NCBI GenBank assembly: GCA_054600435.1 | Contig: BAAIJX010000017.1 | Span: 372,001 to 425,651 of the forward strand | Length of the DNA: 53,651 bases | Origin: Neophaeotheca triangularis | Taxonomy: Eukaryota | Direction of reading: 5' to 3' | In this document: positions 46,236 to 53,651 of the stretch, in pieces | Numbering within the stretch: the first letter of the stretch is position 1 | Layout of the letters: each line of letters begins with the position of its first letter | Program-made: the position numbers and the translations under genes | The notes under the pieces: generated by a model | Database searches by the model: none | Told to the model about the DNA's origin: nothing | The model's input: the letters and a program-made list of their open reading frames with translations, nothing else

Positions 46236-47945
46236 ATGCCTGGAATGGATATGGATACGACCACGTCCGATCTGCCGGTCACGGAGCAGCAGCGCTCACC
46301 GCCTATTGGTATCGCTCTGCCTACACGTCAGCCTGTGTCTGCTGAGCCGGCCGAGGAGGTTCCCCCAGTGCAAAAGCTGGACCATGAGGCTATCAAGCAG
46401 AAAGCGAAGAAACGCAAGAAGAACAAGAAGAAGGACATGGCTCCGGGGGCGCCTGCGGTCAATCTGATCAAGGGCTTTCATACGCCTATTACGTCTGGTG
46501 GTGAAGACTCAGACGCGTCTGCCACGACTTCCATGCGCTTTGGTAGGCAGGAAATTCCCGGTAGCCCTGCAACTCGAGCATCGAGCCCGGGAGGCGGAGG
46601 CATCAGTGCGTTGAAATCGCGTCTTGATGCTTTGGCTCTCGACAATGAAGACAGACCGAGCCTTGCCCGCGTGATGTCGAACACTTCTACGACATATGGA
46701 GGAGGCTACGCGACTCCGTCATCTGTGGGCAGCGGAGGCGACAAAACTGAGATGGATTCTTATGAGGTGCCCCTCGATGAGGACTTTATTAGCCCCGACG
46801 TCGGCGACCGAACGCCACCCATCTTCGCATCGCAGGCTATAGAAGGCGGACTGCGCGCCAACTCAGTACACCGGAAGATGCAGGCAGAGGATTTTGAACA
46901 ACTCAGATGTCTAGGCAAGGGCGCATTTGGAACGGTCCATCTAGTCAAGCAGAATGCTACAGGCCGCTTGTACGCGCAGAAGCAGTTCAAGAAGGCGTCG
47001 TTGACTGTTCACAAGAGACTCATCGAGCAGACGAGAGCCGAACGAACAATCCTTGAGAGCATCAACCGCCACCCCTTCGTCGTCAAGCTCTACTACGCTT
47101 TCCAAGATCATGAGAAGCTCTACTTGATACTGGAGTACGCTCAGGGCGGTGAGCTGTTCACGCACCTTGCGATGGAGCGTATGTTCACAGAAGAAGTCGC
47201 AGCCTTCTACATGGCGGAGATGGTTCTGGCCTTGGAGCACCTTCACCACAACGTGCGAGTGATCTACCGAGATCTCAAGCCTGAGAATTGCCTCCTTGAC
47301 AGCGAAGGTCATTTGTTACTCACCGACTTTGGCCTTTCGAAAGTGGCCCTTGAGGAGGAAGATGAACGAGCTAACAGCGTCCTCGGCACGATTGAATACA
47401 TGGCACCTGAGGTGGTCCAGGGAACTGCTTACGACTTCGCAGTGGATTGGTGGTCCCTCGGCGCTATCGGTTTCGATTTGCTATGTGGCAAGCCTCCCTT
47501 CGGCGGTAATAACCATGCCAAGATCCAACAGAACATTGTCAAGCAAAAGCTTCAGCTGCCCTACTTCCTCGGCCCCGACGCCAAAGACCTACTCACTCGT
47601 CTCCTGCGCAAGGAACCCGGCAAGCGCCTTGGCGGCAACAGGCACAAAGACATGAAAATTCTCAAATCGCATCGCTTTTTCCGCAAGATCGACTGGAGGA
47701 AGCTAGAGCGCAGAGAGCTCGAAGCACCCATTCAACCCGTCATAACCGATCCAGAGCTGGCAGAGAACTTCAGTTCTGATTTCACTGATTTGCCAATGTC
47801 GCCGGCGCTGACAAAAGATGGAAAGATGTTTGGGGAATACATGGAGGATGTGCAGTACAAGGCGGAGAGCGACCCGTTCGGGGGTTTCAGTTTCGTGGCC
47901 AGCAAGAGTTTGCTCGAGAATGAGGACATCATGCTGACTGGTTGA
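46236..47945 (+). CDS. psk1: AGC Ser/Thr kinase, Psk1/Ypk3 (S6 kinase-like), 569 aa
   Basis: LGKGAFGTV; HPFVVKLYYAFQD; IYRDLKPEN; DFGLSK; GTIEYMAPE; AGC tail with hydrophobic motif FGGFSFVA. Confidence 0.9.
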   Translation: MPGMDMDTTTSDLPVTEQQRSPPIGIALPTRQPVSAEPAEEVPPVQKLDHEAIKQKAKKRKKNKKKDMAPGAPAVNLIKGFHTPITSGGEDSDASATTSMRFGRQEIPGSPATRASSPGGGGISALKSRLDALALDNEDRPSLARVMSNTSTTYGGGYATPSSVGSGGDKTEMDSYEVPLDEDFISPDVGDRTPPIFASQAIEGGLRANSVHRKMQAEDFEQLRCLGKGAFGTVHLVKQNATGRLYAQKQFKKASLTVHKRLIEQTRAERTILESINRHPFVVKLYYAFQDHEKLYLILEYAQGGELFTHLAMERMFTEEVAAFYMAEMVLALEHLHHNVRVIYRDLKPENCLLDSEGHLLLTDFGLSKVALEEEDERANSVLGTIEYMAPEVVQGTAYDFAVDWWSLGAIGFDLLCGKPPFGGNNHAKIQQNIVKQKLQLPYFLGPDAKDLLTRLLRKEPGKRLGGNRHKDMKILKSHRFFRKIDWRKLERRELEAPIQPVITDPELAENFSSDFTDLPMSPALTKDGKMFGEYMEDVQYKAESDPFGGFSFVASKSLLENEDIMLTG

Positions 47946-48645
47946 CTGACCGATCGTGTTGGGGGGGGGGTGAAAGGTACATGACCGGGGATTTCTTCAC
48001 ATTTATAGTCCTAGCAATGCCACGCGATCTTCAAAGGACCCTCGCCACTATAAGCAGAACAGCTCGATCGCCCTCCGTATCAATCGGCCACGCTTGCCAC
48101 GTTGACGATGTCTCGCTGCAGCCACTCCGTTTGAGGCTGCAGAACCTATGCCGTCGAGGCTTTCTAACTGTTCGTCATCACTTGGCACGGCAGAGGTAAC
48201 TTGCGAGCCTCCACTCGCGAAGGAAAGCGAAGTTTCACGTAGGCATCCCGAAGTTTTCGTATAGGAACGATAAGAACGATAAAACGCAGGCTCAAGCCAA
48301 GAATCGTGGAGAGGCCTTGATCCGAACTTCTCGAACTGATCCGAGCTGATTCAACCGCGATCCGAACCTCGAGTGGAACAAGCAACAGCGAGGCTCACCA
48401 ATTGCATCGATTTGGATTACCAGACGATGGTATACCTTCTACAGATACTGCAGGTTGAGAATGCGAACAAGATCCACTTGCTATGGCGTCTAGCTGTGTC
48501 CATGGTGATGACGCTGCTGCGGTAACCCGTCACTGTCGCAAAAGGTATATAGGTAGGACTTTCGCCCAGGCGAGTGACTTCTCGACCTCTCAATGGGCAC
48601 CTTTTCTTGATTACCTCTCAGAATTTCTTTCAGACCGAATCAATC

Positions 48646-49604
48646 ATGAAGCTCAACATTGTAGCAACCTCGCTCGCTTACGGCCTTGTTTATGGCTTCC
48701 CTCAGGCGCAAATCAAAGGCAACGGTCAAGAGTCCATATCCGCTGACACACTCGAATGGCATCCTGCAGGACCGGGCGATGGTGAGTGAACGAAATCTTG
48801 TTCTGCCTGGTTTGGATTGTGCTGACATTTTGCAGAGCGTGGTCCATGCCCGATGGTGAGGCAAACGAAGAGCTCCCATTCACCCACCAGCTACTAATGC
48901 TTCACCAGATGAACACCCTAGCCAACCATGGTTTCCTTCCCCATGATGGCCGCAACATCACCAGAGAGAATGCCATTAAAGGCCTCGGCGAGGGTTTGAA
49001 CTTCGACTCAAGCCTAGCATCCCTGATGTGGGACCAAGCCATCATCGCCAACCCAGAGCCTAACGCAACATTTTTCACTCTTGGACACCTCAACCGACAC
49101 AACGTCCTCGAGCACGACGCCAGCTTGAGCCGCTTGGACGACTACTACGGCAACAACCACCTCTTCAACCCCGAGGCCTTCTCGCAAACCCGCGAGTTCT
49201 GGACCGATGAGACTCTGACCGCGCAAATGCTTGCCAACAGCAAGCTCGCCCGCATGATCGATTCGAGAGCTTTCAACCCCAACTACACCTTCTCGGAAGA
49301 AACGGAGGAGTTCAGTCTGGGCGAGCTAGCCGCGCCTATTATCGCTTTCGGCGATGTGGAGAAGGCTACTGTCAGCAGGGCGCTGGTCAGCTACTTCTTC
49401 GAGCATGAGCGTCTGCCGACTGCCTTGGGCTGGACTGTGAAGAATGAGACGATGGAGTTGAACACAATCCTGTCGACTTCGAACGCTATCCGTAACGCTA
49501 CGAATTTGTTCACCTACGATGGTGACTCCAAGTCCACCGACGCGGAGGCAACCCATGGTGCTCCGGAGAAGAGGAGGAGGAGGAATCTTCACTTTGGGTT
49601 TTAA
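48646..49604 (+). CDS. Secreted heme-thiolate peroxidase (chloroperoxidase / short unspecific peroxygenase), about 283 aa; exons 48646-48781, 48836-48855, 48909-49604
   Basis: Signal peptide MKLNIVATSLAYGLVYG. Spliced [29 protein letters not shown] (PCP heme ligand); HNVLEHDASLSR; FFEHERLP. Introns 48782-48835 and 48856-48908. Confidence 0.93.
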
Positions 49605-50515
49605 GAGAAGTCGGATAGTTGACAGGGGAAACAAGAAATCTTTTCGCCATGGCTTTACAAGCTGAAGATGGGTAGGACGTGATGTTGGCGGAGAATTGGC
49701 GAACCACTGTTGATCAGTACATTACACAGCGATCCCACGATGCGAATTTTAGATTAGATATTACTCAAAGCGAACACAGAGTTCGGGCAAACACCGACAA
49801 ATTCATAACAAGCAGTAGTAATGGTATAATAAACCTTGGTAGTATCGTCAACGGGAGCCAAGAACTATGATCCAAACCCCAGTCATCACCCCGAGCCCTC
49901 CACATCCAGACAGTCCACTGATCCGCGTGCCCCCGCCGCCGATATTTCGCACAAAGTGTTCGTTTGCTTGCTTCGAACTTGAAAAGACTCATGTACTCAA
50001 AAAGTTTCACACAAGGTAGCTTCCCGCCGCGGGAACGATGTGGTAAACGGTAAGGCTAACTGCGCGTGTCTCTGTCTTCCCCTCATTCATGTCCTCCTCA
50101 AGCCGCAAAGGGCAACGATCATCACGGCTCCAATAACTTTGCTCATCACTTGTCGGGGTGCCTTGCATGAATGCAGCTCAGAGCTTCACATATCGCGGGA
50201 TGCTGTGGATGCTGTGACCTTGATGACTTGATCGTCGTTATGCAGCGGCGCATGGCCGCATCTGGTGACGGAAAAAAGTGTCCCGGACGGTAAACTATGC
50301 ATTTCGGTATGCCAGATTGAAGTCTGATGGCGGGACGCTTTCAACGGGCGGAAGTGACCCTCCAGCATCATCAGGTGAAATCGAGCAGGTACCGTACTAT
50401 ATTGTCCGGCGCCCTTTCCCCAAGCCTCTCCCCTTTCCTCCTTTGCTATCGGTCGTTACCCTGCTCTGATACGCTCGTTCAGCCGTCTTCGCTGCTTTCC
50501 GCAACAGACTACAGG

Positions 50516-52533
50516 ATGCATTCTTTCGTATTGTTAACGGCAGCTTTGGCAGCCCCGGCGGCTCTCGCCAACCCGACACCTCAAAAGGGCGCCCCCAAAG
50601 GCGGCTGGCCTCATCATGGAGGACATGGAAGGCGACCCGAGTGGTGGCATCCTTCTTGGAAGGCCGGTCACCATGGCTATGACGAGGCTGGCGAGCCCAA
50701 GTGGCTAGCGAGGCAGCGAGCAGATGCCGTCAAGGAAGCTTTCCAATTTGCTTGGGACGGATATTCTCAGTATGTCTGATTTCAACTCAAGAATGAACGA
50801 CGTCTTGAGCTAACAAGAACTAGATACGCATTCCCTAATGATGAGCTCCAGCCGATCAACAACAGCTTCACTAACAGCCGGTACGAGGGTCACTCCTGTG
50901 AGCAAATCAAGCAGGTAGGCTGACAGCATTAGCAACGGCTGGGGAGCCTCGGCGGTAGATGCTTTGAGCACAGCGGCGATTATGGAGCTCCCCGAGATTG
51001 TCAATCAGATCGTCGACTACATTCCAGCTATCGATTTCAGCATCAGCTACGAAGATCAGTCGGTGTCGGTCTTTGAGACCACTATTCGCTACCTCGTATG
51101 TAGGGGACTGCCTGCTAGAGCTAGCCCAATAAGCTAAGATACCTTTTCAGGGTGGCATGTTGTCTGGTTACGACTTGCTCACGGGTCCTCTCGCATATCT
51201 TGCGGAAAACGTACGAGCTCTGGGGCGACCATTCGGAAGAAACCACACTAACAATGCCACAGCAAGGCAACGTCGAGGCGATACTCCAGCAATCCCAAAA
51301 TCTGGCCGACATTTTGAGCTTCGCCTTTGAGAGCCCGACAGGTATTCCCAGTAATAACATCTTCCTAAGCAACCGCAGCACCGACGGCTCCGACACGAAC
51401 GGTCTCGCTACGATCGGTACTCTAGTGTTGGAGTGGACTCACCTGTCGGACCTGACTGGCAACGACAGGTATGCAGACCTGTCGCAGGCCGCGGAAAGCT
51501 ATCTGCTCAATGCGCAGCCCGCGTGGGCTGAACCGTTTCCCGGTCTCCTTGGTACCAACGTCAACATCACGACTGGTGAGTTCGTCGACGCCGATGGTGG
51601 TTGGAATGGCGGAGACGATAGTTATTACGAATATCTCATCAAGGTTGGTCATGCTGTTATGCGAAGCAGATTAAACGATGTAGCTAACGCCGTCCAGATG
51701 TTCGTCTACGACTCGTCTCGCTTTGCCTCGTACAGGGACGCCTGGATTGAAGCTGCAGACAGCACGATAGCCAATCTCGCGTCCAATCCTTCGTCCCGCC
51801 GCGATCTGACGTACCTCGCTCAGTTCATGAACCAGACGCTGCAATACGACAGCGGTCACCTCGCGTGTTTCGATGGCGGCAACTTCATCCTAGGCGGCTT
51901 GGTCCTCGGCGAGCAGAGATACACCGACTTTGGCCTGGAACTCGTCAACGCTTGTCACAACACCTACGATCAGACGCTGACCGGCATAGGCCCTGAAAGC
52001 TTCAGCTGGAACGTGACCGCGTTGCCAGCGAACCAGACTGAGTTCTATGAACGAGCCGGGTTCTACATAACGGACTCTCGATATATTCTGCGCCCGGAAG
52101 TTATCGAGAGCTTCTACTACGCCTACCGGGCTACAGGCAGTAGGCTCTACCAAGACGTGAGCGCCTTTCTCCCTCCTTCAAGATAACCACACTCTAGCTA
52201 ACGCAACACCGCAGTGGGCCTGGAACGCCTTTGTCAACATCAACGCTACAACCCGTATTGGCTCAGGCTTTTCTAGCGTGGAAGACGTAAACGCGCCTGG
52301 CGGCGGCGAGGCCACCAATTTCCAAGAAAGCTTCTTGTTCGCCGAGGTGATGAAGTACAGCTATCTAATCCATGCGCCGGACAGCGAGTGGCAGGTGAAC
52401 CACAACGGACAGAACGATTGGGTCTTCAACACGGAGGCGCATCCGGTCAAGGTGAGTTTTCCGCTCTCTAGCGGTCTCGTGAGCGTCGTGTTGAGTGCTG
52501 ACTTGTAAATAGGTCGTGGGGCCTCCGGTCTGA
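50516..52533 (+). CDS. Secreted class I alpha-1,2-mannosidase (GH47, MsdS/Mns1B-like), about 543 aa, 8 exons
   Basis: [91 protein letters not shown]. Introns 50770-50823, 50881-50932, 51096-51150, 51211-51262, 51644-51697, 52157-52214, 52452-52512. Confidence 0.95.
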
Positions 52534-53473
52534 AAGTGCAAAGTAGTGGTGGTCCTTCCTCGAAACAGAATAGAAGGCAGACCCTTCGTTTGGCCCTGCG
52601 CATAAACGCCCATGTACTTAGCAAAAGCAATGTCGCTCCTCGAGCCAGCCGATGGTAGGCGCGAGTAAGTCATAACATCTCGGGTCTGGGATTGCGGGCG
52701 ATCGAGTGTTTCCTAGCAAATGGGGGCATCGTATACAGCGGCTGTTCCTAGACTACAGCCCATCAAATGCGTCTCATGGTTCCAGCATGCATCGATACAT
52801 TCGTAGCTGCACCATACCGTGACCCCCTTTCGTGCACTCGTCGGCGGCGAAATGCTCTTCAGTCCGCCGCAAAGAATGTACAGTAATAAGCCGATACCAC
52901 GGGACAATGAGCTCTTTCGGTGCGATTCGTAAAAGAGAGTCTATGGCTGCGGCCTGCAACCTTTCTTGTGACGGACAGCGCCTCGCCCGTGGCCGTATAG
53001 AGGTAATAATCACTTCGCTGCCGTGCATCACGGTGAACTTTTAGCCCAATGAGAGGGATAGCGTCGTTGAAAGATGACGTTGGATCAAGAGAGCCAGATG
53101 AGGTAGAGCATTTGTCGGCGTGCTGCCTCAATAATAATAAGACCGAATATACACTATTACTCGGCACCATGCCATGAACGCAAGCAACGGAGAAGGAAAC
53201 TCTAAGTCTTATAAAGACACCGAGAAACTTCCAAGTGAGAACGGTGCGGTGCCATGGGCACGGCTAGTGGTCCTCGGTCATACTCGGCCGACGGGCCGTA
53301 CTGCACATCGCTCAAGTAAATAACTTGTATTATTAGTGAGGGATAACTACAAGGGATAACTACAAGCATTTACCAGGAGACGGGAGACGTTCTCGATACT
53401 CTCATCTGCAGTGTTGTGATGAATCCTGTCTCGTGTATGCATGTGTGCGCTGTAAAGAGCAGAGCACCCTGGC

Positions 53474-53534
53474 GGGGGGGGGGGGGGGGGGGGGGGGGGG
53501 TGGGGGGGGTGGTGGGGGGGGGGGGGGGTGGGGG
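53474..53534. repeat. Interrupted poly-G tract (G27 T G8 T G2 T G15 T G5)
   Basis: Read directly from the sequence. Homopolymer lengths may be imprecise. Confidence 0.85.
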
Positions 53535-53651
53535 ACCAGGGGTTTGCGCCTGGGAGAGGGTGCCAGGCGTTGTCGGTGGGGGTTTTGTTCGCCCAGTAGA
53601 TGTACCACGGAGCCATTCTGGGGGTAAGTTTTGGTTTTGGTTGAGCTTTGG

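Noticed and set aside
7360..52533. hacA, mannosidase, transporters and peroxygenase as a functional gene cluster
   Set aside because: They are interspersed with unrelated housekeeping genes (tfb2, sip5, psk1), and no PKS, NRPS or terpene backbone gene is present.

Overview
Eukaryotic, intron-containing fungal DNA from a filamentous ascomycete. Gene and intron style suggest a Dothideomycete, possibly Capnodiales s.l. (inference). About 19 protein-coding genes could be rebuilt with GT-AG introns: a hypothetical gene, a 66-aa microprotein candidate, the UPR factor hacA/HAC1, an Ara2-like aldo-keto reductase, sip5, a low-complexity hypothetical, TFIIH tfb2, a BTB-like protein, RRM protein vip1, three MFS transporters (MCT-like, drug:H+ antiporter-like, STL1-like), a TMEM135-like membrane protein, a Myb/HTH-like protein, a tail-anchored hypothetical, a Psk1/S6K-like kinase, a heme-thiolate peroxygenase and a GH47 alpha-1,2-mannosidase. 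No rRNA, tRNA, CRISPR or intact transposon was seen. The most notable signals are: (1) a complete Ire1-spliced 20-nt intron in hacA, with a twin-hairpin structure, a dual-coding exon, a candidate Hac1 site and an overlapping uORF; (2) two tandem 7-Cys copper-metallothionein-type boxes fused to the Vip1 RRM protein; (3) strand-independent alternating C-rich and G-rich blocks that flip codon usage inside genes; (4) small ORFs missed by the ORF track, namely a codon-biased 66-aa ORF followed in frame by a second ORF and a 48-aa uORF before the kinase.
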